Positions 40,412 through 54,147 are shown, counted from the first letter of the whole stretch. The stretch: 63,987 bases of DNA, filler included, from Octopus bimaculoides (GCF_001194135.2; 4 parts of 4 records of this genome joined end to end with filler, not necessarily neighbours in it), one strand, 5' to 3'. The notes: a model not told the origin generated them from the letters alone. A program made the numbers and translations.

Positions 40412-40650
40412 ATTGTCATATAAATCCGTTCGTTCGATTTTTCTTTTTGTCACTCCATCGTAATATGTCTGAAAATACGATAAAAATTACTGAAATTTCA
40501 AAAATGATAAACAGAAGTCGTAGAGGACGAATAGTGCTACAAAAAAAAAAACCATAAACCACGACGATATTTTTCGTGTTAATTTCAATAACATCAAAAA
40601 GGATCAAAAGAAATGGGGGTAAAAAATGAATGAATTTGTTTCTCAACTCA
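40412..40650. mobile_element. Diverged inverted copy of the 7465-7704 MITE
   Basis: Aligns by eye to the reverse complement along its whole length (CACTCCATCGT..ATGTCTGAAAA..AAATTTCAAAAATG..TATTTTTCGTG). Confidence 0.7.
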
Positions 40651-41124
40651 CTTCTTTTTGAGTTTTGACATCAATGGCCCCGAGGTCGTCCAGCAGGAAA
40701 TCGATAAGCTCAAACCTTCATATACAACAAACAAACACATAGTGAACCACTGATCTGTGCTATGCAGAGTCTTCTGAGGGTCATATTACTATCTTCACGA
40801 GAATGTAAAATTCTGATTTCGCAGTCTCTATTCTAAAGCGTTTACATAGAACGCATTTTCGCATATGCCTAAATTTCTGTAGCATTTTCTATCGGATACT
40901 GAATGAGCTTCCAAGTCACTGATACAGATTGTGTTTGACTTGTTTGTAATGTTTCCCTTTTTGTACTTTTTTGTTCCATCGAGCCACTGTATTCTTATCG
41001 TCGCAACCGAGGTAGATCCATTCTCTTTTCCACTTCACTTGAATTGTAAGAAGATAAATTTCAAAGTATAATGTACGATAGTAGTAAAGAATCTTTGTTA
41101 TTATTTGCCCACCAATGACTATTT

Positions 41125-41340
41125 AATCCTTTCCTACTGTATGCACAAGACCTGAAATTTTGGAGGAATGATCCAGTCGATTACATCGACGCCAGTCCGC
41201 AGCTGGTACTTATTTCACCAATCCCCAAAAGTATAAAACGAAGTCGACCTCGACAGAATTTAAAGTCAAAGGGAAAAGACAGACTAAAAGCCACAAACCA
41301 ATTTGTCTGGAGTGCTAACGACTCTGCCAACTCGCCTCCT
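41125..41340 (-). mobile_element. SINE family C, diverged
   Basis: GCACAAGACCTGAAATTTTGGAGG...AAGTCGACCTCG. Confidence 0.75.
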
Positions 41341-41552
41341 TATGCCAGCTCACTATCTTATACCAGCCTGTCACTTTATGCCAGCTCACCGATTTATGCC
41401 TTCTCACTGTCTTATGCCAGATCGCTATCATATATCAGCCCGCCGCCTTATGCCAGCTCACCATCTTATGCCAACTCACTGCTTTATGGCAACTTGCCAC
41501 CTTATGCCAGTTCACTACGTTATACGAACTCGCTACATTATACCGGCTCACC
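41335..41552. repeat. 18-bp minisatellite (consensus CTTATGCCAGCTCACyrT), about 11 copies
   Basis: Directly visible; explains ORF 41303..41614. Confidence 0.88.
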
Positions 41553-42225
41553 TTCTTCACGTTTTGTTAAACTCTGTCCCTCCAGCCATCCTGATTCCTA
41601 TATGGTTTCATTAGAAACTAAACAATCCATTCCAAATTTACACAATGATGTCCTCTTCACATTTCAATTCAACGTATCCCATTGGTGATAGCATATCCAA
41701 CTAAGATGATGTCCGGGCTGATCACATGTCTCCTCCTCACCGACAATGATTTTCCAATACAGTCAATCAATGTGACGGTTTTATAAGAGAACAGAGTTGG
41801 TTTCAGAACATTACCTGTTCTAAGTAATGTAATCTATGAATAAACGCATGCATAAATTTATGCCTGTTAAGTTTCCAAGAGACACCGCAGGAATATCTAT
41901 GAAGGTGAAATATCACACTGCTGTGGTAAGTATTGCACCTAACATGACACGGCGACGGTTTTATAACAGTGTACTATTAAATATCTGAATACTTTCGTGT
42001 TTGACATTTGTGTTGGTCAATTCAAAGTAAACTGAAAACTGTCCAATATCTTAGAAAGTTTCATTTGTTTAACTTTATTATATTTCGACAGGTCTTGTGA
42101 CTAATTTTAATCTTAATAATAATATTTACAGTGAATGTTTGCATGTATGTATGTATATATGTATGTATGTATGCTTCTATGTATGTTTATGTCTGTATGT
42201 ACGTATGTATGTATATAAATATATA

Positions 42226-42262
<37 letters not shown>

Positions 42263-42413
42263 GTATGTATGTATGTATGTATGTATATGTTGTTATTCTA
42301 TTATCTAATATCCGGCACCCCCAACGGTTTCCAAGCGGGCGGGTAGCCAAACACAGAGACAAAGACACATATGTATGAATATGTATATATATGTATGTAT
42401 GTGCATATATATG

Positions 42414-42444
<31 letters not shown>

Positions 42445-42646
42445 ACACACACACACACACATATATATACACACACACATATATACACACACACATACAT
42501 ATATATACACACACACACACATACATATAGATACACACACACACACATATATACACACACACACACATATATATACACACATACACACATATATATACAC
42601 ACNNNNNNNNNNNNNNNNNNNNNNNNNNNNNNNNNNNNNNNNNNNN

Positions 42647-42658
42647 TTAATTAATTAA
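42647..42658. other. Artificial scaffold-join spacer TTAATTAATTAA
   Basis: N44-12mer-N44. Confidence 0.95.
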
Positions 42659-42702
42659 NNNNNNNNNNNNNNNNNNNNNNNNNNNNNNNNNNNNNNNNNN
42701 NN

Positions 42703-42942
42703 TATACGTGTATAAGGGATGACCACTAGGTGGACATCCAATATGCTAGAAAGAGGTCATCAATGAAATAATGTTCCCCAGAAAAATTTTGCAAAACACC
42801 AGAACAATTTCTCATTTTGTCCTGTTCTGGTGTTTTGCGAAATTTTTCTGGAGAACATTATTTTTCTTTGTGGTTGGGTCGTTGATGACCTCTTTCTAGC
42901 ATATTGGATGTCCACCTAGAGGTCATCCCTTATACACGTGTA
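42703..42942. repeat. 240-bp imperfect palindrome
   Basis: About 100-bp arms, 16-nt loop, an 18-nt indel in one arm; starts at a contig edge. Confidence 0.9.
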
Positions 42943-43374
42943 ATACAATTTTTTCTGAATTTTCAGATTTTTTTTATATGCTAGGCCACTTGATTTTAAA
43001 TTGAATTAATATTCAATTTATCACCCTATATATATGTACATGCATGAAGGGTGTCTGTGTGTATTTGTCTGTGTTGTGTGTATCTCACGTAGTCTAATGG
43101 CTTGAGAAATATGAACCAGAGACTTATAAAGAATCAACACTGATCTCGCTGAGATCGACTAAACCTTTGAAGATAGTATCACAGTGTAACCGTCTTCTAA
43201 ACATTGAAACCAGTAAAAACGATGATTCAAAAGAATAAAAACTGCCGCCATATTAACGCACAGCTGTCTTGTTATTATTGCTTGAGAGCACAGGAGATAA
43301 ATATGATTTGTTGGGCGATACTGCTTTGTTTCTCTGGTAAAATCCAGCTTCTCCTTATGAAGAAATCAAATAAT

Positions 43375-43706
43375 TACTCTTTTACTCTCTTTTTACTCTT
43401 TTACTTGTTTCGGTCATTTGACTGCAGCCATGCTGGAGCACCACCTTTATGGTCGAGCAAATCGACCCCAGGACTTATTCTTTGTAAACCTAGTACTTAT
43501 TCTATCGGTTTCTTTTGCCGAACCGTTAGCTGACGGGGACATAAACATACCAGCATCGTTGTCAAGCAATGCTAGGGGGACAAACACAGACACACAANNN
43601 NNNNNNNNNNNNNNNNNNNNNNNNNNNNNNNNNNNNNNNNNNNNNNNNNNNNNNNNNNNNNNNNNNNNNNNNNNNNNNNNNNNNNNNNNNNNNNNNNNNN
43701 NNNNNN

Positions 43707-43744
<38 letters not shown>

Positions 43745-43918
43745 GTGTATATGCGATGGGCTTCTTTCAGTTTCCGTCTACCAAATCCACTCACAAGGCT
43801 TTGGTCGGCCCGAGGCTATAGTAGAAGACACTTGCCCAAAGTGCCACGCAGTGGGACTGAACCCGGAAGCATGTGGTTGGTAAGAAAGCTACTTACCACA
43901 CGGCCACTCCTGCGCCTA
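43375..43918 (-). mobile_element. SINE family B with a gap in its internal microsatellite
   Basis: High similarity to 54812-55243. Confidence 0.92.
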
Positions 43919-43933
43919 ATTGTTTAGAATTTT

Positions 43934-44118
43934 GACACAAGGCCTGTTCTTTAAGGGGGGTGGGTGTTAGTCGATTATGTCTACCCCAGTACTTGACTGG
44001 TATTTTCTTTTTATTGACCTCGAAAAGATAAAAGACAAAGTCGACTTCGATGGAAACGGAAAAAAAATGTCACTAAGTATTTTGTTCGGCGCGCTGACGA
44101 TTCTCTTAACACGCCGCT
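43934..44118 (-). mobile_element. SINE family C, diverged
   Basis: CCCCAGTACTTGACTGGTA...AAAGTCGACTTCG. Confidence 0.7.
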
Positions 44119-44929
44119 TTAACAAATTAAATAATTATAAATGAAAGATAACAAAAATATGCATGTAAGCACATATACAACGGGATTCATCACAGTTTTC
44201 TTCTACCATGTTCCACTCATAAGGTATTGGCGAACTTGAGACTATGGTAGGAGAAACTCGCTCAAAGTACCAAGCAGAAAGATCGAACCCCAGAGCCGAG
44301 TGGCCGCGTAGCGAAATTCTTAACTACACAGCCATGTTTGCATTCGTTATTTCTTTTTCAAATGGTAAAAATAACCTTTAGGCTTCACTAAATTTCACTC
44401 TAGGAAGCTATTACAGTTATTTTCATTATCAGCTGACCCTGTTTTGTAAATTTATCAGCAAACAATCTATATACAAAGAGCTTGCTCAGAAAGAAAACCT
44501 ACAAGTCCTTCGTTTCTCCAGCTTAATTATTCCATTATTTTACCAAACTTGCAATACACAAAGTTTTCTTATTAATTACTCCGTTTCAGGGACTTCACAC
44601 TTTAAACTGTCTAACTGTCTCCCTTTATTTCCTTTCATCTGATATAATTACTAGCAGAGAATTGAAATAATATCCTATTTGAAATAGGATTAGGATTAAG
44701 ATATATTCAAAAGCTTCTATGAAAGGAAACTTCATTAAAATCTCTCCAGATTACGGCCCCACCCTCATCATTATTTCTCTCTTTCTCTTTCTCTTTTCTG
44801 CTGCCCATTCAAAATGTTATCAGCTGCAAGAGAAAAACGAGTTTAATTTTGAAAACTATCCGCTTCTTCACCTTTCTTTACTATACTGTTCTTAACGGAA
44901 TTAGCTTTCCTGTGTTATTTAACTAAGCT

Positions 44930-45016
<87 letters not shown>

Positions 45017-45766
45017 GTTATCGCTCTTGTCCACTCTATCTTTTACTATCTTCTTTCCCTTCTAACTGTTATTCCTCATCGCCATTTTACTCTTTCTCCT
45101 AATCTCACCATCATTCATTCCTACCTTACTGCATCTCTCTCCCTCCTATCACTTTGTTTCTCTTTCCCTCTTTCTCTCTTTCAATGAATTCATCATGTAC
45201 GCTTCCCTGATCGATCCCAGATGATAATTGGGAATTGCTCCAAGGCTACCTATAAATATTGATTACTTGACTAGGAAAATACTGGCTTGATCGTCAATTC
45301 TTCAAACGTCACTTTGATGTATGAAAAGTTGTTACGTACCGTAATTAACCTGGTCGGAATTACAACAAGCTGAACTTTTCTCTCGCTATATTGCTTCTTA
45401 CAAGTAATTTCCAATAACAATCTTTTATTTTTGCTATTCATAAACTATCACATTACGTTCATCACACTAGCTTTCTCCTCTACTCTTTTCTCTTCACCAC
45501 CACATTTTCGCTGATTAGTGAACTTCTAATGAAGTGTTTTGCTGTCAGTTCTACTACCTGCTAGAGCACATCTTCATCCGTACAGGAAGCAAAACTTACG
45601 CGAATTTGATCCCACGACTTTAAATAATTTAACCGTTTCTTCTCCACAATTCTCGATTTTGGTTTCTTATTTACGCAGAAAAGTGACATCCTCAATAACA
45701 CAATGTCAGTTATGTCGTTAGATCTCGTGTGACTCACGAGCTGATTGCTGAGAATTTTCTTACCTC

Positions 45767-45840
45767 GATTGCCTCTCGGTCATGTTACCGCGATTGCCTC
45801 TCGGTCACGTTACCGCGATTACTTCCAGGTCGCGTTACTT
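45767..45840. repeat. 25-bp tandem repeat, about 3 copies
   Basis: GATTGCCTCTCGGTCAyGTTACCGC. Confidence 0.85.
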
Positions 45841-46409
45841 GTGCGGATTCCCATGACTCTCTGTCGCTGTCCACTTCTAGTATCCATATTTGAGCTGGGA
45901 GCTTAAGTCACAATGAATCTCATCAGCTGATTATATAATCATGGACGCCACCCCTATTTATGCATTACAGTTACTCTCTTGATAGAGCTTGTTGATACTG
46001 ACCGTTGATCTAGGATTCCTCCGCTCAGCATGAAAGTAAGAAGCACCGTTGCCTGTGTTGAGATCATCTGCTGCCTCTTCTCAATCCGCCATGCTGCAAT
46101 CCTATGTCTTCACCATATCCCTGGCAGGGTGGCTGAACGGATGCTATGCCTTACCAAAGGACAACGAGTAACTATGCAGGATACAGTCGTTACCCGTAAT
46201 GCATTTTCAAAATACCCACATTCCCATTACCTGTGAGATTATATATTGTACCAATGACCAGTACTTTAATTGGCCAAAGATGCACTGGACAAAGACAAAC
46301 TACAACAGCACAAAAGAATATGCCACTTGTTTGTGCCAGGTAGAAACTAGATTTATCTATTAAAAAGAATAGGTTAGAGAAAATCGAGAGATCGATATTG
46401 ATTAACATA

Positions 46410-46620
46410 TCTTTATCTTTTATCTTTAATTTCTTACATGTTTCAGTCAATGGAATGCGGCCAAACTGGGGCAGAGCCTTGAAGGGTTTAGTCGAACGAA
46501 TTGACTCCCTGGTATTTTAAGTCTGTTACTTATTTTATCGGTCTCTTTTCTCGCCGAACCGGTACGTTACGGTGACATAATCAAACCAACACTGGATGTC
46601 AAACGGTTGTGGAAGACAAA
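46410..46620 (-). mobile_element. SINE family B, tail fragment
   Basis: GTTTCAGTCAATGGAATGCGGCC...GCCGAACCG. Confidence 0.7.
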
Positions 46621-46956
46621 TATAAACTCAAAGACATACAATAACAGCCATACGAACCTAACACACATCCATCATCAGCTGCTCCACGGGTATCACTATG
46701 GTTTCGACACCTGGGTAGTACTATTCAATCCGGTGGTGTCAACAGCACTAAAATACGTGTTGTTTTGGAATCAAATCCCAAACCAATTCGAAACATATCG
46801 TAGTTCACCCTTCAAATATGATGATGGTCTAGAAATGAATGAATAAATAAAAAAAATATAAGAAAGAGAGAAAGAAATAAGGATGAGAAGAGAAGATGCT
46901 TAAAGTTATCATACTCATCTGATGAATGGAGACGATGACTTTAACCATATGACACC

Positions 46957-47351
46957 TTGTTGTTGTTGTTGCTGGCACTCCGTCACTTACGACGTCGAGG
47001 GTTCAAGTTGATCCGATCAACGGAACAGCCTGCTCGTGAAATTAACGTGCGAGTGGCTGAGCACTCCACAGACACGTGTACCCTTAATGTAGTTCTCGGG
47101 GATATTCAGCGTGACACAGTGTGACAAGGCTGGCCCTTTGAAATACAGGTACCACAGAAACAGGAAGTAAGAGTGAGAGAAAGTTGTGGTGAAAGAGTAC
47201 AGCAGGGTTCGGCACCATCTCCTGCCGGAGCCTCGTGGAGCTTTGGGTGTTTTCGCTCAATAAACACTCACAACGCCCGGTCTGGGAATCGAAACCACGA
47301 TCCTATGACCGCGGGTCCGCTGCCCTAACCACTGGGCCATTGCGCCTCCAC
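46957..47351 (-). mobile_element. Full-length SINE family A
   Basis: (CAA)n tail; about 12-bp TSD ATATGACA(C/T)CTT. Confidence 0.95.
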
Positions 47352-47589
47352 TATATGACATCTTAGCAGAGAACCAAAGAATGACAACTGCACCCAACTA
47401 CATTACGTCTTCCGAACGTCCGAAGTTACGGAAGTGTCGGCATTTTATTGTCACACGTGTGATACTTTAACTACTGCAATACGAGGTTCGCTGTCTGTGG
47501 TTCTGAGAAGTTTCAGCCATCAGCAATCAATGAAGATCGTGACTAACTACGCAGCATATCAACAAAGGACGAGGTCACTTGGTGATGAT

Positions 47590-47800
47590 GGTGGGTGACA
47601 GAGAACATACAGTGAACATTTAAAAAGACAATTTGGCGAGAAACAAAAGGAAAATAAATTAATATCAAAGAGAATGATAAAGGAGGTCATTGAACATATT
47701 TGGCCAGATATTCTTGTTAACTTTCTAAGCATTCTCATTGATTCCTTGAACCATTGATTGCCAAGAAGTCGTAGAAAAATGAAGGCGGGTCAATTAATTA
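47590..47800 (+). pseudogene. Possible Tc1-type transposase C-terminal relic
   Basis: EHLKRQ..KEVIEHIWPDILVNFLSILIDSLNH*LPRSRRKMKAG loosely resembles Tc1 C-termini. Confidence 0.3.
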
Positions 47801-48201
47801 ATTATTAATTATTACCAGTAAAATATTTTTTGTATATTTTTGCAACAATTAAGTCGAAAATATTAATGTTGTTTTGAAGTACTTTGTTAATATTTTTCAA
47901 TATCTATCTAACTGTCTGTCTATCTACCTATCTATTTAACTATTTGTTTCTCTTTGAGTCGTCTTTTTCTATTTCCTCACACATACAATGGAGCTGATTT
48001 CCCCATGTCCACATCAAAGGAAATTTAGATTACAACTTTACTCTACCGACACACTCACTCAAGCACACACAACACACGCACAGTCTGTCTGCCTGTCGGC
48101 CCTCTCTCTCTCTCTCTATGTATATATATATTTATGCGCGAGCGTGTGTATGTGTATGTGCGTGTCTACATACATACACATACATATACATACATGAATA
48201 T

Positions 48202-48295
48202 CATGATATCGACTACATTATTGAATGTCGTTATCATGGTATCGAACACACTATTCAATGCTGTTATGATATCGACCACACTATCGAAAGTTGGC
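48202..48295. repeat. About 33-bp degenerate tandem repeat, about 3 copies
   Basis: ATGrTATCGAmyACAyTATTsAATGyyGTTAT. Confidence 0.7.
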
Positions 48296-48344
48296 CACAA
48301 TGCAAAGTACATTGTTTCTGCTTTTGAATGGCGTCACCTGGCTG

Positions 48345-48500
48345 GTTAGGCAGGGCTACTCATCAACAGCTGAATTGACAAGTCCAACGTGAAACGAAGT
48401 GTTTTGCTCAAGAATACAACACGAAGCCGGTCTGGGAATTGAAACCACAACATTGCGATCGTGAGTGCAATTCCCTAACCACCGGGTCACTCTACTTCAC
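48345..48500 (-). mobile_element. SINE family D fragment
   Basis: CAACGTGAAACGAAGTGTTTTGCTCAAG...GGGAATTGAAACC...CCCTAACCAC. Confidence 0.7.
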
Positions 48501-48778
48501 ACATACATTTATATACATATAGTTTAAACAATATACTTATAGTTCCAGCTTACAGCATCAGGTTTTTCTAAATTTTGTGTTCATATTATTGCACACTTCA
48601 ATAACAGACCCCTCTCCCAGTCGGAGTTTATTTACATGGTTCGTCGTTTTGTTCAAATACGGGTAACGAAGTGCTGCAAAAGATTATGATACTATATGTT
48701 TAGTATTTACTCAATCAAAACTATTGTTTTCTCTTTTAATTCACTCATAGTTTTGTCTTTTACACAATAACACTGGAA

Positions 48779-48809
<31 letters not shown>

Positions 48810-48916
48810 TGTATCTATGTATCTATGTATATATATATATATACACACACAGACGCATACACACACACAGATGCATACACATACACAGACGCATACACAC
48901 ACATACACACGCACAT

Positions 48917-48977
<61 letters not shown>

Positions 48978-49137
48978 NNNNNNNNNNNNNNNNNNNNNNN
49001 NNNNNNNNNNNNNNNNNNNNNNNNNNNNNNNNNNNNNNNNNNNNNNNNNNNNNNNNNNNNNNNNNNNNNNNNNNNNNNNNNNNNNNNNNNNNNNNNNNNN
49101 NNNNNNNNNNNNNNNNNNNNNNNNNNNNNNNNNNNNN

Positions 49138-49201
<64 letters not shown>

Positions 49202-49363
49202 GTACAACGTGCTTATTTCAGTTTCCGTCTACCAAATTCACTCACAAAGCTTTGGTCGGTCCGGGGCTATAGTAAAGGACAGTTGCCCAAGGTGCTACGC
49301 AGTGGGACTGAACCCGGAACCATGTGGCTGGAAAGCAAGCTACTTGCCACACAGCCGCTCCTA
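49202..49363 (-). mobile_element. SINE family B, head and core
   Basis: Matches 54812-54978. Confidence 0.88.
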
Positions 49364-50079
49364 TGTTTTGTAGAAATACACTCGTTTTGGCAAATTACTT
49401 TCAGGATTACATAACTGCATGTTGATACACTATACAACCTTGTAAATGCATTTCTTCAGTGCTTAATACTGAAGAGATGAATTAACATGATTATATAATG
49501 CTTTAACAAACAATAATGGAATCCTGACGTTTTGATCTGATAAATCTGATGCTTTTACCCACACTTAACCGGCAAGTTTTCGTTATATTTCTGCGGGCTC
49601 CGCATTTTTCGAGGACCCATCGCTTGATTTTTGAATATAGTAGTATAGTCTTTCAAATAATAGAAACTTATAGATAATTTTGATGCATTACTGTTTTCTA
49701 TATTACAATGTTTTTCTATATTACGATGTCTTTTCTTTTCCCAGTGTTTTGGTTCGATTTGGTGGAGGTGACATAACTTAGAGAAAATCAGGATGTGTTA
49801 ACACAAAAGGAGAATAGAGAAAGGATAACTATCTCATTGACCAATGAGAATTGATATTGAGAGAATCACTTTATCGTTATTTATGAAAAAAATAGATAAC
49901 GATAAACAATAGCGAACTCAATTGATGAGAAAAACAGAGCGACCATCGAATATGCTAAAAATATTGTTAGCGACTTCAGATACAAAATAGTATTTTATGA
50001 AGTAGACACCACAACTTTAGCAAAACAGGATATAGGTGACGTAATCAACGGGGAAATACAGAACAAGTATAGTATCGGC

Positions 50080-50400
50080 CAATGAATGATAGACAAAAAT
50101 ATTTCGAGAAAACGTGACACAAACCAGAAAAAATATGATGCCGATACGTAATAATCATGTAGAGAAAGATTGTTTACTGAGTTGGCCACTGGGAAATGAT
50201 AGACAGATAAACAACTTAAGAAGAAAACAGCTCCAAGCAAGCAAGATCTGAAAACGATATAAAGGCGAAGTGGTCCAATACAGAAATAGAACGGTTTACC
50301 AATTGGTAGATGAAAAGATGACAACTAGAGACAAAGTCTTCAAAAACATTAAAAGCCAACCCGTGGAAACTATGACAAAAGGCGAAAAGAAATGAACTCC
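50080..50400 (+). pseudogene. Possible ancient RTE-clade LINE C-terminal relic
   Basis: RLFTELATGK**TDKQLKK..KQDLKT echoes the RTE motif GELxxGKRxxGRxxKR..DLK; several stops. Confidence 0.3.
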
Positions 50401-50779
50401 GCCCCAAATATTGAAAGAAGATAGTTCAGAATATTGTAATAGTATGAAGCTCAAGCTGCAAGAAAATTAATTGCATATGTGTGTGTGTGTAGTTTCACAT
50501 ACACAGATTTCCTTTCAAAATATGGAATTAATTAAAAACATAACTATGGTCGGGTTTTTTTTTTTACTTAGTTTTAGAATATTTTCAAAAAAATAATATT
50601 TTATATTTCCTCATTACTGAAAGAATTTTTATGGTTTTCTTAAGTTATCAAGAAAATTATTTTAACCAACGGTCGTTACCTGATTACTTCATTTCTAGGA
50701 ACAGAAGAAATATGGGGGCAACTATTGTGTCTGTTTTACATCCTTTATCAATTTCTTTTTATACTTTAAACAGATTTGG

Positions 50780-51300
50780 GAAGGTAGCACTTATGGCATT
50801 CATCAGGGTCTTCAAGATATGTTGTACAAAGAATAGAAGCTATAGTTTGACCGGTAACTGGTCTGAATACTTAAAACACAGTGGACTCCACTGAAGGTGT
50901 CCAAGGGTCAAGTGGTATACTTTGGTGATTTAGGTGTCTCGCATAATATCAGGAAATGAGCCTTTCGACTGTCTTCCATACAGTTTCCGTTTAACAAATT
51001 TCACACAGCTAGTTTCAGTCGAACTGAAGCTGTTTTGGAGAAACTTTTCCAAGGTTCTGAATTGCAAGCTTGAGCCACAGTCACAGAATTTTGAAGAGAA
51101 CTTCTTAGCAACACCGCCAACTGCCCCACGTCTTTTGTATGTTGTTGTGAACTTCGACACCGATTTTCTTACTACTATCAAAAAATTGTTCGGATAAGGT
51201 GTCTGCCACTTGCTTCGCTTCTGTTGTAGACTGGGTTTTGCTATATATTTCGCAATTAATAACTATCCAAAACTTGAGTTATTGTCAACCAATATTTTCT
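50780..51300 (-). pseudogene. Possible Tc1/mariner transposase N-terminal relic
   Basis: Pieces in different frames (VSKFTTTYKRRGAV, SPK/TASVR, TVWKTV, LEDPD) follow HTH-region order; heavily degraded. Confidence 0.25.
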
Positions 51301-51614
51301 TTCTATTATTGTCACTTTACTTTCTGTTATATAATGAAATGTATTGCAATGGCTCCGTTTTGTAAGTACATACATGGTCATCTGCAATGCTAGAAATAGT
51401 GACACGTGTATCTCTAATCTTATAGTGTTAGTATAATTAAATTTACAACCTTCATGTTTACTTATAAAGTTGTAAGACACATTGGTCATCTAAAGTTTAT
51501 TCAGCCATTGGAAAAACTCGTGGCTTGTTGTAAAGAAGATGCTTAATGCTTGTATTCTAAAAGATCATTATTATAACGAGATTATAGCTGGATGTGACAT
51601 ATATTTTTATGTAT

Positions 51615-51650
<36 letters not shown>

Positions 51651-51670
51651 TCACACACACACACACACAC

Positions 51671-51860
51671 GAGTAAGTACATAACTGCAAAAAAGGTGGC
51701 AAAATAGTACTCGAATACCGAAGGTAGAGTAATATGTTTTTTTTTATTACAACTATACGACGAACAAATATGTGAAACTCTGAGTAACAGTTTTCTGATG
51801 TTTTTGCAGCTTTAATAAAATGGTATTTTAAGTATATTATTTTACTATTTACCCATAGAT
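51671..51860. repeat. Short microsatellite-flanked element with partial inverted arms and a degenerate hammerhead-like motif (51751-51792)
   Basis: Stem I AACTAT/ACAGTT, ACGACGA, stem II ACA/TGT, GAA, ACTC-T-GAGT, GUA. Confidence 0.5.
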
Positions 51861-51984
51861 AAATAGCATATTATTATAATAACATGTATTTTTAATAATA
51901 TGAAAGAATGAAAGGGATATTCCTTATTTCGCCATGGTTTTTAAAAAATATTTGCGCTAAGATATATTTAAGTTAAAATACTTA

Positions 51985-52165
51985 CACTTGACAACCGATG
52001 CTGGTGTGTTTACGTCCCCGTAACTTAGCGGTTCGGCAAAAAGAGATCGATAGTATAAGTACTAGGCTTCCAAAGAATAAGTCCTGGGGTCGATTTTCTC
52101 GACTAAAGGCGGTGCTCCAGCATGGGCGCAGTCAAATGACTGAAACAAGTAAAAGAGTAAAAGAG
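51985..52165 (+). mobile_element. SINE family B, 3' half
   Basis: Nearly identical to 55042-55210. Confidence 0.9.
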
Positions 52166-52765
52166 TATGCAAATATATTTTATCACCGTTATATTAGTTT
52201 TATTTTTCATATTTTATTTTTTATTTTTTATATTTGTTTTTGTTTTTAATTATTGATGCTCACACTTGAAAACAAATATATTTAGATTCTGTCTTTTTTT
52301 TTTGATCTGCGAAACCTCACAATCAATGGATCTTTATAATTTTATTACGGGTAAGAATCGAAACACTGTACGTAATTGTACGTAATTTGTATTTCATATT
52401 CATTATATTATATTATATTTATTATCATAAGAATATAATATAATATTATATTATATTAATAAATTTTAATTTTTGAATTGACAATTGTATATCTCCATTT
52501 TCTTTTCATTTTTATAAATTTAATATATACCGATGTGAATTGTTAAGTTTTTCTCCACGAAATTGGGTATGAAACAGCTGAGCCAATGAAAGATTGGATG
52601 TTTTCATCCCTATTTTCCTTGTATTGGATTTAATTTAAAAGGTATATAAATGTATGTACGTATATATACATATATGTGTGTGTGTGTTTGTGTGTGAATG
52701 CGTATGCATGTTTGTGTGTGCGTGTAGAGTGATAGAGAGAGAGAGAGAGAGAGCGAGAGAGAAAG

Positions 52766-52807
<42 letters not shown>

Positions 52808-54076
52808 NNNNNNNNNNATATATGTATATGTATGTATATGTATATGTATGTATACGCATATAATGAAGACAACAAACATAAAAGAGAAGATAACACAGGC
52901 GGGATGAATTTTAACAATTTTGTATGTATGTACATACATACAACTTTATATATATACGTGTGTAAAAATTCACGCGCGCACATACATACATACATCTATA
53001 CACATGTGTGTACGTATGTTCAAAGTGTATTTTGTTAAATAAGTCTTAATGGTAAAGTTATGTTAAAACCACGTTCACGTGAAGGTCATTGACCTCTCCT
53101 TCTACTGTCAAGCTATATTCAGTACAATAGTTTGGAGCGAAGCGAACATAAAGCTCTACTAAACACTCTTGGTGTACTGACCGATGTAACACTGTAGAAG
53201 TGATTTTATTCGTCGTCCAATGGCCTCCTCATTACTTCATACTGCTCACGACATATGAAGGCCATTAGGAAGAACTCTCTTTCGCTGTAAGTCAATTTTA
53301 GTGTATGCAAACAAAAACATGTTAGTTGCATACTTGGTTATCATTGCTTACTTATCTATACGTACATGTGTTCATGAATACATAGGCACATACACACACG
53401 CGTATAGACACGCAATGCACATATATAGACATACAACACATATATACACAAACAACACATATAGATGTACACATATTTTGAGTAAGGCACATATACATAC
53501 ACATATAAATATGTACACATACATTTATAGCTATATATGCATATGTATACGCACCCCCCCCCCCNNNNNNNNNNNNNNNNNNNNNNNNNNNNNNNNNNNN
53601 NNNNNNNNNNNNNNNNNNNNNNNNNNNNNNNNNNNNNNNNNNNNNNNNNNNNNNNNNNNNNNNNNNNNNNNNNNNNNNNNNNNNNNNNNNNNNNNNNNNN
53701 NNNNNNNNNNNNNNNNNNNNNNNNNNNNNNNNNNNNNNNNNNNNNNNNNNNNNNNNNNNNNNNNNNNNNNNNNNNNNNNNNNNNNNNNNNNNNNNNNNNN
53801 NNNNNNNNNNNNNNNNNNNNNNNNNNNNNNNNNNNNNNNNNNNNNNNNNNNNNNNNNNNNNNNNNNNNNNNNNNNNNNNNNNNNNNNNNNNNNNNNNNNN
53901 NNNNNNNNNNNNNNNNNNNNNNNNNNNNNNNNNNNNNNNNNNNNNNNNNNNNNNNNNNNNNNNNNNNNNNNNNNNNNNNNNNNNNNNNNNNNNNNNNNNN
54001 NNNNNNNNNNNNNNNNNNNNNNNNNNNNNNNNNNNNNNNNNNNNNNNNNNNNNNNNNNNNNNNNNNNNNNNNNNNN

Positions 54077-54147
<71 letters not shown>

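Noticed and set aside
40652-40715. Minus-strand exon candidate FELIDFLLDDLGAIDVKTQKE
   Set aside because: Protein-like, but the GTGAGT donor overlaps the terminus of the 40412-40650 MITE copy and no family was recognised; not excluded
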